This document shows, in pieces, positions 10,936-21,686 of a stretch of 64,000 bases of DNA. Numbering within the stretch: position 1 is the stretch's first letter; each line of letters starts with the position of its first letter. The notes under the pieces are model-generated. The model was given only the letters and a program-made list of their open reading frames with translations, was not told the DNA's origin and made no database searches. Source of the DNA: Macrostomum lignano (Eukaryota); contig NIVC01001486.1 in assembly GCA_002269645.1 (NCBI GenBank), positions 1 through 64,000 of the forward strand, given 5' to 3'. The translations under genes and the position numbers were made by a program.

Positions 10936-11245
10936 GGGGTTGTAGCCTAGTGGTTAGGGCGTCGGACTCACGACTTGAAGGTCGGGGGTTCGATTCCCGA
11001 TCCCACTGCAACAATTTGTGTCCTTGAGCAAGGAACTTTACTCCGCATTTCTTCAGTTCACCCAGCTGTAAAATGGGTACCAGCATTAGCTGGAGTAAGT
11101 GAGGGTGTGTGTATGGCGACCCCCCCCCCCCCCAGTCCTTGGACTGAACAGCCGTAGCAGCCTTCAGATGAGCTGCGCAATAGCTGCGGCTGAGCTGTCG
11201 GTTGCACATCTGCCCATTGGTAATCAATTATCAATTCATTAATTA
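10936..11245 (+). mobile_element. tRNA-derived SINE, family 1 (CORE-like central domain), inserted in the Polinton
   Basis: A box TAGCCTAGTGG and B box GGTTCGATTCC, then TGTGTCCTTGAGCAAGGAACTT...CAGCTGTAAAATGGG, which resembles the MIR/CORE segment. Other copies are at 18.3, 31.0 and 47.3 kb. Confidence 0.88.
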
Positions 11246-11460
11246 TGATATGCTATTTACTCATTCTTCTAAATAAAAAGTGACAGACACAATCTTCAAA
11301 CCAGCTTTGCTGATATTTAATTTAGATGAGTTTGTCCATGTGCTGATTTATTATTAGATAATGCAGAATTTAATGTTTCGGCTTATATTTCGAGACACCT
11401 GATGCGAGTAAGCCAGAGAAGAAACTGTTCCCTGTCAAACTAACCTATGATCTCACTGTA

Positions 11461-11922
11461 ATGAGAGTGGTCATGCAAGTTCACAAAAATGCGGAGGTTG
11501 AGTTTAAAGATGACACTTGGTATAGGGAACTAGGATTCGAGAAGAAAGTTTATAAGGCAGAATCCGCGGCGCAGACCGCCACTCAAGCATCGGGGACTGT
11601 TAGAATGGTCCGGGAAAGTGTAAGCGGTTTGTTCTTAGCACCCAATATTGCAGACATTGTAAAGGGTTTGAATATTCTAATCAGAAGCAATCTCAGTCTT
11701 GATTGGGTATTTAAGGGAAAGCGAACGAATATTTTGTACAACATCTCCAACTCTGTTGCTGGAGGACAGATGGTGGTAGAGAAACCAAATCCAGTGAAAA
11801 GAGTTGTATTGAGTAATAAAGAGATTCACGAGATTGTGCTACAGTTTGAGACTGAAGATGGGATGGGCGTTGATTTTAATGGGGAAGAGTTTGTATTGAC
11901 GTTGATCATTGAAAGAATGTAA
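11461..11922 (+). pseudogene. Penton/minor capsid protein, C-terminal part (5' end disrupted)
   Basis: ELGF...NIADI..LNILIRSNL...NILYNI...G..VVEKP...IHEIVLQFETEDGMGVDFNGEEFVLTL matches the Polinton penton C-terminal pattern. The upstream frame is broken near 11370. Confidence 0.75.
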
Positions 11923-11929
11923 GAAAAAA

Positions 11930-12169
11930 TTACAATTGTCTAATGATTTCTGCAAAGTTATAGTAGCTGTCGTAATCTTTTACATAGGTTACTCCATACT
12001 TATGAAACCAGTGTCTTTGGAGAGCTAGATTAATATTAGGGACATTGATATCAACATCGGGCCAATATTTTCTCATGTACTCGCTGCATTCTAGTTTGCA
12101 TCGGTACTTGGATTTGTACAATGGATGAGGCTGAGTATAATAGGAACCTGGAGAGACAACTGGAAACAT
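11930..12169 (-). CDS. Small orphan Polinton ORF (79 aa, aromatic-rich)
   Basis: Has the same AAAAATG start context as other element genes and converges on the penton ORF with a 7-bp gap. Confidence 0.5.
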   Translation of the reverse strand: MFPVVSPGSYYTQPHPLYKSKYRCKLECSEYMRKYWPDVDINVPNINLALQRHWFHKYGVTYVKDYDSYYNFAEIIRQL

Positions 12170-12189
12170 TTTTATTGAGAATTTAATTT

Positions 12190-12550
12190 TTTTAAAGGGT
12201 GAGGACCCTGCGCTGATGATTTAAAGTCTTAGGGATGTGGTAGCACGTTGCGGATTGAATGTGGGGAGAAGAATGCAGATTATTTTCTGATTGTTTTAGA
12301 AATGTTATGGGTGGATTTGGAGCTGTTATGCTCAGAGCATAAACCCTCAGAGCATAACAGTAGGACACCTGTTATGCTCTGATTCTGTCAGGGATAATAT
12401 GGATGGATTTAATGGGATTATGGAGGACGTTTTGTGAGCGAGTGCGACCCCCTTTTTTTCTGATTCTGTCGGGGATAATATGGATGGATTTAATGGGATT
12501 ATGGAGGATGTGAAAAATTTTGTCCCAAAAGCCCCCTCATGCCTTCTACT
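12190..12550. repeat. Putative right terminal (TIR) region of the Polinton, with hairpins and a 49-bp direct repeat
   Basis: Non-coding. 14-bp inverted repeat at 12347-12360/12369-12382, 49-bp direct repeat at 12379-12427/12460-12508, ends ...CTACT. The inner TIR boundary cannot be fixed without the left end. Confidence 0.6.
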
Positions 12551-14436
12551 TATGGGAGATTTCGGTACTTCGGTGCGAGGTACGGTGGATACTGCTGCTG
12601 TGGCAACAGCTACGGCTCGTTCGGTCCAGCCCCGGCAAGTGACTGCTCGCATCAATGCAAGGGAAACTCATCCCAAATTTGCGGTGGAAGCATGAGGAAC
12701 TCCGTCTACGAAAATATTTATAATTACGGTAAGAGGGACTTTTTCTGAAGCGAGTGTTGTTTCGTTTGTCATGGAGAGCACTGGACGTCAAAATGTCGTT
12801 ATGTGATAGATACAATAAATGTATATAGCATGCACGATAAGCAATTAATTAGGCCCTAGACAAACCTACTTGGAGCGTTCGGAGATTTTAAAGCTATTGG
12901 CCCTAATCGCCTATCGCCGGTCGGCGAGTCCTACCAGTCTTTCTCCAATAGTCACAGTACGGTACAAGGAAAGGAAGAACGCAGATGAACATGAACCGAA
13001 TAGATTTAGAGAGTGATAATCCTATATGATACAGACTGATAATTGGCTAGACGATTTAATTTGATTACTTCAAGTTACAAGCTTCAATGCAATTCGTGGC
13101 GCAGATAATTTCGAACTGATAATAGCGGAAAATGATAACGAGATAAACGATTAAAAATAACTTAGTTACGCAATGGCAAGCAGATCTCAGCTTGAAGAAG
13201 AAAAACCGAACAGGACCACGGAGAAGACTCCTAACCCCTGGCCTAAACCAGAACCTACACTCAAACGAGAGCCCTGCCGAATTGACCGTTCAACGGAGCA
13301 CTGACTAAATTCTATCAGCACTGCCCTTCAGTCTGACACTGAGGCCCTCAGGATCGAGGCCACGTACTTGGTCAAATCCGACAGTCTCTAACTAGACCGC
13401 GCTTGATAGCGACGACTTCAGACAGAAAGTTTGCCGTAGACGTTACGCTACAAGACTGAAGCGGTCGGGCGGGGACAAAAATATGGACCGGGGGTGATAA
13501 ACTCAAGCGCCTCAAAACGCGAACCAAAACAAGGGCGAGTGGCCGGAAAGCCGGGACAAAAATCAAAACCGGGGACGGAAAAACAGAAGTGAGATCTGAT
13601 TGCCAAACACTTTCATATATAGTCAGAGTCAAACCCTCAAAACCCCCCTCAAGCCGGGTGGTGGTCGTCTGGCCGGCCGATCGCTAAGCCGATTTGCACT
13701 GTGCCCGCGGCGCCAGGTAGACTTGGATTTTGCCGCGTGCCAGGGTCCAGGCCGGTTCTGATTGACTGGCCGCGCAAAGCTGGGGTTCGCAGAAAAACTC
13801 AACCCTCCGCTGAGTCACAAAATGGCGTTTGACTTCTAACCTGTTTACAAATTTAGATTTTAACTAACAAGAAAAAAAGTACATTAGACGGCGTGACTAA
13901 ATTGAAGCAAAATAATAATTAACAATATGAAAACTAATACAATCAATTAACTAACAAAATACACGCAAAAGATGCTCACACTACAGTTATCAGAATAGCA
14001 CTGATTAGTTTGTGCTGAAAATATTCTTTTTGAAACTCTATTGCGAATGCAAAAATTTTGAAAAAGTCATGTATAGCAATTCGCATTGAATAAATCATAT
14101 AGAAATGTCTATAAAAACACACTATCGATTGGGTCTGACTTTCTGTTTTAGTTGTGTTTTTCCTAAATTCTGTTTTAATTGAACTTTGTAGCTGGCCTAA
14201 CAGTGTCCAGGCTTCCAACTTCTGCCATGCCGAGCATCACAGCTTCACTGAGCTCCATCACCCACCGCAGCGTCTCTGCCAACAGCGCCATTGAGTGCGC
14301 TGCCGCCTGCCAGCGAAGCCCGGACTGTCAGGGCTGCGCCTTCGTGCCTTCGAACCGCATGTGCCACCTGCTGAGATTCACCGCTGTGCCCGCTGAGGTG
14401 TCCAGCGAGGCTGAGTGGGTCTGGATGAAGCTGTGA
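12551..14436 (+). pseudogene. WSC-PAN/Apple lectin-like gene A1, 5' half removed from this position by the Polinton insertion
   Basis: Exon 1 remnant 12551-12728 (YGRFRYFGARYGGYCCCGNSYG...), GT donor at 12729, AG acceptor at 14190-14191, exon 2 at 14192-14436 (SAIECAAACQRSPDCQGCAF...CHL). Confidence 0.9.
12800..13980. other. Unclassified insertion of about 1.15 kb in the A1 intron
   Basis: The A1 intron (1463 bp) aligns to the 278-bp A2 intron only at its ends. The insert has a GC-rich core and GCCATTTTG on the minus strand near 13825. Confidence 0.5.
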
Positions 14437-15453
14437 GGCTGCGAGGGTCTGAAGAACTGTCACTGTCCTACAACTATTCAGTCAAACGGAAGCCCTTTTA
14501 GACTTCAATATATTTTTATCAGTACTTTTTCTGCTACTGCAAGACTCTTGTACGTGCATTATGTAGTTTAATATGGTTTTAAGCAATTAAGGGCTTTTTA
14601 ATTTAGGATAAAAAGTTAAACGTTGTTGTCGTTGGGTTAATAAGTTGTTAGGTTAGGAACAGAACCAAAATAATACGCAAAATAAAAAACTTTCGAAGTG
14701 ACACCTAAGTCGAGCGCACGGCTTTATAAAAGGATTTCAACCTAAAAAACCGTGAAGGATCACGATTTTAATGTTGCTTTTTTGCATTTTGATTATTCGT
14801 GAGAAACTCCATGGAAAATGCCAGCAGTGTAACCAAAGTTGCAGAGGCAGGTTCTGCGATAACAACCATACGGTCGGCTTTTTTCATCAAGGAAGCTGGA
14901 AACGTTTCCCTGCATTCAGCCGTTAGAAACGGATCCCATAGGCTTCTGTACTGATGCCTGTGAATCAGCCAAGGCAGAGCTGGCTGGTTCCTCAGCATTC
15001 GCGTCGGCATTCGATTCGATGAAGAATTAAAGAGTGCGATTCCGCAAGTCGGGAGAAATCGAATGGATCTTCTTACGTATGCATTCATTCTATTGTTCTC
15101 ACAAATCGATTCCTGTCCACCAGAGCGGCAGAAAGGGAGGGGGTTCAGTAAAAATCGACAGGACTTGTGAATATGCATGTATCCGTTGCATTAATTAGCA
15201 AGAAATTCAAATGTCTGAGTAAATAGATGAAGGTGAAAAAGCAAACTCGTGGACATATTTACCATCCACTGCAAGGAAGCGGGAGTTGCCGCTCTCTGTC
15301 GGAAAGCAGACAGCTGCTCAGACGTGTGTGCTACTCGTAGATTAAACATTTGCTCGCGTTCGATTTCCATGGTGACGGCTTTGCTTGTCTCATCGGGAGG
15401 AAATTCCAGATAAAATCATCGTTATCAGCTGCCACCTGTAAACATCTGAGGCG

Positions 15454-17360
15454 ATGCAGAGATTAAAAATACCAGCAACTGATCTCCTGCTGTTCTGGGC
15501 AGCCCTTGCTAGGCTGTGCACCGCTTCCGTACCACCCAACCGCAGGGTATTCGCTACGTGGGTTGCTTTAGGAGGACGTTAGAGGCCCGTATCACTGGAA
15601 CACTTGCTGCTATCGGTAGTTTTATTGAAAGCAATTCGCTCACTGTAAAATTTTTTGCAGTCACATCTGCACCTACGGGCGGTTCCGATACTTTGGACTT
15701 CTATTCGGTTCGTTATGCTTGTAGAGAACTGTTAGTTATATCGTAATCAACTACTTAAAGTAATATTCTAAGAAAATCCTATTAAACTTGCAATCTATTT
15801 TTAGAATGAGTCATGTTCAAACACAAGTGACTCAGTGCCCTACGTAGGACCAACGTTTATTTGATCCAAGGACCGGATTTTAGCAGCTGTGTTTGCTTAA
15901 TTCAATATGTGGTAATGCTCAGACATTCATGACTGCTAATTCAAACATGTATGACCTAAGTAAATATCTGATCTCAAGCCGTTTTTTCGCGAAAATTTTG
16001 CTATAAATATAAGTGAAAATCCGAGTAAAAAATTCAGACCCGGAGCGGTCTCAAAGAAGACTTTGAAGACAAAGAAAAGAAGACCAATCTCTGAGGGACG
16101 ATTCTTGTCCAATTGGTAAGCGCTTACCAAATTTAGTTTTTTGTTGCTAGCGTTAATTAATAAGTTTATTATAGTTGCTTACGAGAGCCTTTTTGCCGGC
16201 CCATTTAAGAAAGACCTCCTTGTTTTTTTTATTAGAGGCAGGGGGGTTGTGTGCACCCGGGCGCAATTTAAGCGTCATTGGCACACAACCGGCGAGAGGC
16301 ATTACTGCCCATTCCGCCGACTCCCCTGAGCAGGCATACAAGCGCGCGGATACGTTACGCAGGCACACACTCACACAGGAGTGTACAGCGGCCCTAACTT
16401 TATCAATTGTTAGGCATGTACACTTCACTGCGCCTTGGGGGGGTTGGCTCTCAAGGCCGTTAATTGCACAAGCGAGCCAAGCCAAGATTCCAATCCAGCC
16501 CCAAATTAATGTGGCTGCACTTGGAATCGAGCCTGGGTCGCTGGCACACCAGAGCAGCTGCGCTACCGCTGGGCTACGGCCCCCTCGACCTCCTTGTTTC
16601 TTAGGATATATATTCCCAGAGGATGTATTTTATTAATTTGAGTTATCCGTCACGTTTCGGACGTAACGAAGAAGACGCCCTTCATGAGGACCTACTACAG
16701 AAACTCAGAGAATTCAATTTTTAATTTCGAGCTCGAGGACCGTCAGGACTTCTGATTCGCTCTTGTTTTTGCCCGATCAACAGATAAAGTGAAGGACTCC
16801 AGGAGACAACAGTTCACAGAAGCCAATTATCACTACTACAGTTCAGCAAGTGTCCCCAGTGTCTAGAAGTGGGAGTTTTCGAGTGACTGATCGCCACTGT
16901 TAAAACTCTTCACGCTCCTGCGGCCGGACTAGCGGATCCAACTGGAAGGAATTGGAGAGCAACTGTCAATCCGAATGCAGCGGCAATGTGTCTCAGATGT
17001 GCGGCCTTGAACTGAGCGACTCTGTTTATGAAGTAATTTACCCTGTGGGTAAGTAGGGGGGGGGGGCGTCTATTTGACTGCTCAGTAAGAAAAGCATATC
17101 TTTGACAATAATTGGTCTTAAAAATTGATCGAATGTCCTATCCTAACGCGTGTATCACACTCAGATCGCTCTCTGCTGACATGGCTTCAAAGGGGCAAAA
17201 AATGCCGAGCATTTCAAGCTTTATGAAACTGAGATCCGTAACTGACCTTAGCGCAGAAGTCAGCGAAGTCATCGAGTGAGCTGCCACCTGCCAGAGAAGC
17301 CCGGACTGTCTGGGCTGCACCTTGAGTCTGTGAGGTTCAGTGGGTCTGGATGAAGCTGTG
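15454..17360 (+). pseudogene. WSC-PAN paralog B1, pseudogene
   Basis: ATG 15454 MQRLKIPATDLLLFWAALARLC (signal-like). Shifted frames give IRYVGC and CSHICTYGRFRYFG. A degenerate PAN exon lies at about 17160-17360. Confidence 0.8.
16390..16584 (-). mobile_element. tRNA-derived SINE, family 2
   Basis: Minus strand reads GGGGCCGTAGCCCAGCGG (A box) ...GGCTCGATTCC (B box). A second copy is at 24.4-24.6 kb. Confidence 0.75.
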
Positions 17361-17870
17361 AGGCTGAGTGGATCTGGATGAAGCTGTGAGGCTGAGCGGA
17401 TCTGGATGAAGCTGTGAGGCTGAATGGGTCTGGATGAAGCTGTGAGGCTGAGCGGATTTGGATGAAGCTGTGAGGCCGAATGGGTCTGGATGAAGCTGTG
17501 AGACTGAGCGGATCTGGATGAAGCTGTGAGGCTGAATGGGTCTGGATGAAGCTGTGAGACTGAGCGGATCTGGATGAAACTGTGAAGCTGAGTTGGTCTG
17601 AATGAAGCTGTGAAGCTGAGTGTGTCTGGATGTAGCTGTGAGGCTGAGTGGGTCTGGATGCAGCTGTGAGGCTGAGCGGATCTGGATGAAACTGTGAAGC
17701 TGAGTGGGTCTGAATGAAGCTGTGAAGCTGAGTGTGTCTGGATGCAGCTGTGAGGCTGAGTGGGTCTGGATGAAGCTGTGGAGGCTGAGTGGGTCTGGAT
17801 GAAGCTGTGAGGCTGAGTGGGTCCGGATGAAGCTGTGAAGCAGAGTCGGTCTGGATGAAACTGCCAGGCT
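17334..17870 (+). repeat. 28-bp minisatellite GAGGCTGAGTGGGTCTGGATGAAGCTGT, about 19 copies (B1 3' end)
   Basis: Directly visible. Confidence 0.95.
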
Positions 17871-18319
17871 GATTCATCTCTAATGAAAAACTGTTAGAAG
17901 GATTCTGAGCAAGAATTATAGCGGAATTATTAAAAATAGACGTGACTCAGGCTTTGACTATTATTTATGCCTTATTGTTTTTAACGCTATCAAGAATAAC
18001 TACTGAAAATGCAATGTCCAGGGAAAACGTTGTGGTTCTACTAAAAATACTAATAAAGGATTGTTACATTCAAAATTAAATTTACTAGCTCAATTTAAAC
18101 TTTTGGATTTAATCTAGTTGTTAAAACATTCTGAACCTGACATGATATACGCAACTAAGTTCAGTTTTTAACACTAAACTCGCGCATCTCAAATTCTGGA
18201 CTGCCGAATACAATATGAAACGAAACTATTCAAGTGAATAGATTGAAAAATGTATTATTACAGAGCGACAGCGCTCAGAACACAGTTGTATTTCCGAAAC
18301 AGATCGAAATGAAACGCAA

Positions 18320-18582
18320 AGCTTAATGGGACGACAGCTCAGCCGCAGCAATTGCGCGGCGCATCTGAAGGCTGCGTACGGCTGTTCAGTCCAAGGACTG
18401 GGGGTTCGCCACAGCCTCAATTACCCCAGCTAATGCTGGAATCCATTTTACAGCTGGGTGAACTGAAGCAATGCAGAGTTAAGTGTCTTGCTCAAGGACA
18501 CAAATTTTTCTGAGTGGATAGGGAATCGAACCCCCGACCTTCAAGTCGTGAGTCCGACGATCTAACCACTAGACTACAACCC
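18320..18582 (-). mobile_element. tRNA-derived SINE family 1 copy
   Basis: Reverse complement of 10936-11200 with high similarity. Confidence 0.88.
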
Positions 18583-18829
18583 ACGATTGGCGAGTGCAGC
18601 GTCCTTAGCATTATTTTAGCGGCCCATGAGCGCGCACGAGCTTGAAAATGCAGCTGCTTTCTCACTGGCTCAGGCCCCTAGCAACCAGACAGCCATTCCC
18701 GAGTCGGGAAAACATCAGAAGCGGTTGCGATCAAAACATAAGCGTAGGAACCGGTTCACAGCACAGAGCAGGCACATTCGGAAACCCCAAAACTCCAAAC
18801 ACTGACCATAAAGACCGGCAGAGGATCAA

Positions 18830-19776
18830 ATGTTTTCAAAAAGCTTTTCTGTAGGCTACTTGCTGATGTGGGCAGCGTTCGGAAGCTGCTTGACTTCCGT
18901 GCCGCCTCATCCGACGGCATTCCGCTACATCGGTTGCCACGTGGATAAAAGGGACCCCGACATGACCGGTCTCGTTGGAGTCGCTACATTCGGTCCGTAT
19001 TCGACATATCCCGGATGGCCATCTCTTTTGCGAAACGCTTCAATGACGCTGCAGCTGTGCAGCCAGATCTGCGCTTATGGGAGATTTCGATACTTCGGTG
19101 CGAGGCTCAGTGAATACTGCTGCTGTGGCAACAGCTACGGCTCGTTCGGTCCAGCCCCGGCTAGTGACTGCTCGTATAAATGCAAGGGAAACTCGTCTCA
19201 AATCTGCGGTGGAAACATGAGGAACTCCGTCTACGAAAATATTTATAATCACGGTGAGAGGGACTTTTTCTCATGCAAATTTTGTTTTGCCTGTCAGGAC
19301 GGCAACGTCGTTAAAACATCAAAAACCGTAACACAAAGCAGGATTTTTTATGATTTCATACTGAAAATATTCTTTTTAAAACCAAACTGCAAATTCCAAC
19401 TGGAAAAGTCAGGGCAATCAGTGTTCGTTGAATAAATCCCAGATATTTCCATACATTCGTAAACAGATTTATTATTTCTATAAGTTTTTGAGTAAAAATT
19501 TCTAAATTCTGTTTTAATACAACATTTGTAGCTGGCCAAGCAGTGACCAAGCTGCCAGCTTCTGCCATGCCGAGCATCTCAGCTTCACTGAGCTCCATCA
19601 CCCACAGCAGCGTCTCTGCCAAGAGCGGCATCCAGTGCGCTGCCGCCTGCCAGCGAAGCCCGGACTGTCAGGCCTGCGCCTTCGTGCCTTCGAGCCGCAT
19701 GTGCCGCCTGCTGAGATTCACCGCTGTGCCCGCTGAGGTGGCCAGCGAGGCTGAGTGGGTCTGGATGAAGCTGTGA
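18830..19776 (+). CDS. Secreted WSC + PAN/Apple domain protein A2 (exons 18830-19253 and 19532-19776; 222 aa)
   Basis: Signal-like N-terminus. WSC pattern YIGC..D...MTLQLCSQIC...YFG...CCCG..YG...C...C.GN..Q.CGG..RN.VY. The phase-1 GT/AG intron joins in frame to a 4-Cys PAN/Apple exon. Confidence 0.9.
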
Positions 19777-20215
19777 GGCTGAGTAGGTCTGGATGAAGCT
19801 GTGAGGCTGAGTAGGTCTGGATGAAGCTGTGAGACTGAGTGGGTCTGGATGAAGCTGTGAGGCTGAATGGGTCTGGATGAAGCTGTGAGGTTAAGCGGGT
19901 CTGGATGAAGCTGTGAGGTTAAGCGGGTCTGGATGAGGCTGTGAGAATGAGAGGGTCTGGATGAAGCTGTGAGGCTGAGTGGGTCTGGATGAGGCTGTGA
20001 GAATGAGAGGGTCTGGATGAAGCTGTGAGGCTGAGTGGGTCTGGATGAGGCTTTGATAATGAGAGGGTCTGGATGAAACTGTGAGACTGAGTGGGTATGA
20101 ATGGGGCTGTGAGACTGAGCGGGTCTGGATGAGGCTGTGAGAATGAGAGGGTCTGGATGAAACTGTGAGACTGAGTGGGTATGGATGGAGCTGTGAGGCT
20201 GAGCGGGTCTGGGTA
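19747..20215 (+). repeat. 28-bp minisatellite, about 17 copies; the first unit encodes the A2 C-terminus
   Basis: Period of 28 measured (19747 to 19775). Confidence 0.95.
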
Positions 20216-21229
20216 AACTATCACTGTTTCTACAATAAAAAAACTCAAACAGTAGTCCTTCTAGGCCTCAAAAGTATTTTATGTTCTATCAGTACATATC
20301 TTGCTGCCATTGTAACAAGCTTGTACGTGCATAATGTTCTGTAATATGGTTTTAAGAGATTCTTTATTTTCCATTTAAGATAAAATGTTGAAAGTTTATC
20401 TCGTTGGGTTGATACGCTTCATCAACGATACCGAATTATAACTAGGAAACTAATAAACTACCTTTAAGTCACACTTAGTGACGGAATTGCCGAACGCATG
20501 GCAGTATAAATGAATTTCAACCTAAAGAACCGTGAACTAACACGATCTTAATGTTGCTTCTTTTGCATCATGATTTTTCGTGAGAAAATAAAGATAGAAA
20601 GGAGTTCCGCTTTGACGGCACAAATCTATGCATTCTTTACAGGAGCTCAACTTTACTGCAAAACGGTAGGACAAACTACGAAATAAAAAATAAAATATTC
20701 AATGGAAACTGAAAGCAGAGCATCCAAAGTAGCAGAGGTGCCTCTGTGACAGCAACCGTTGGACTGCTTTTGCTGTCCTGAACAAAAGCGTCACTTTAGT
20801 TACAATCTTTATCAGCTCGCTTGGTCCACTTCCTTTATCCAGGAAGCTGGAAAAGTTTCCCTGCATCCAACCGTGAGAAAACAAATCCCAAGACTTCCTT
20901 ACTGATGCCTGCGAATCAACCAAAGGAGATCTGTCACTCCTCACCCGCGTCGGAAGTGAAGAATGCGACTCTGCAAGTCAGGAGAAATCGAATGGATCTT
21001 CTTCCATCAGCATTCATTCTCTTTTGTTCTCCCAAATCGATCCCTGGCCACCGCAGCGGCAGTAAGGAGAGGGGGTTGGGTAAACTTCGACAGGACCTGT
21101 GAATATACGCATAACTGTTGCAAAGATTAGCAAGAAATTCACATTTCTGAGTAAATAGATGAAGGTAAGAAATCGAACTCATGGACTGCCGACACAGATT
21201 TATTATCCTCAGATTTATTATCTGAGGCA

Positions 21230-21686
21230 ATGCAAAGAAAAAATACTAGCAATTAATCTCCGGCTGTTCTGTGCAGCTCTTGGTAGGCTGTGCAACGCTT
21301 CCCTGCACCGAAATGGCAGGGCATTCGCTACGTCGGTTGCTATGCGGAAAGTTACAGAGATCTGTGGGTAAGTCCGAGCTTGAATACTGGGTAAAAGACG
21401 TAAATTTGACAATAATTGATCTTATTAATTGATCAAATTAGTATCCTATCACATGCACCACACTCAGATCCCTCTCTGCTGACAACGCTGCAAGTTGCTG
21501 AGATCCGTCACCGACCTTAGCGCAGAAGCCAGCAGTGTCATCCAGCGCGCTGCCGCCTGCCAGCGAAGCCCGGACTGTCAGGGCTCTGCCTTCGTGTCTT
21601 CAAGCCGCTTGTGCCGCCTGCTGAGATTCACCGCTGTGCCCGCTGAGGTGGCCAGCGAGACTGAGAGGATCTGCATAAAGCTGTGA
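21230..21686 (+). pseudogene. WSC-PAN paralog B2, internally deleted pseudogene
   Basis: Signal-like LFCAALGRLC and GIRYVGCYAESYRDL, after which most of the WSC is missing. The PAN remnant reads AAACQRSPDCQGSAF...LCRLLRF. Confidence 0.8.

Larger units (their letters stand above)
1..12550. mobile_element. Polinton/Maverick (adintovirus-like) endogenous element, right-hand portion; the left part, presumably with the major capsid gene, lies upstream of the window
   Basis: pPolB, rve integrase, A32/FtsK-like ATPase, adenain-like protease, penton-like ORF and PLA2 occur together in a compact intronless layout. The element ends in ...CTTCTACT at 12550 and host WSC coding sequence resumes immediately. 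Confidence 0.93.

Noticed and set aside
10936-11008. tRNA-Val(CAC) gene
   Set aside because: The anticodon and T stems pair poorly, there is no poly-T terminator, and it continues into a shared body found in four dispersed copies. It is a SINE head.
1-12550. Bacterial prophage or contamination
   Set aside because: The gene set is eukaryotic Polinton-type, it contains a host SINE, and it joins directly to an intron-containing host gene.
19254-19435. C-terminal extensions of the WSC ORFs given in the ORF track (also 25973-26010, 36227-36264, 42623-42690)
   Set aside because: They are read-through into introns. Conserved phase-1 donors splice in frame to the PAN exon.
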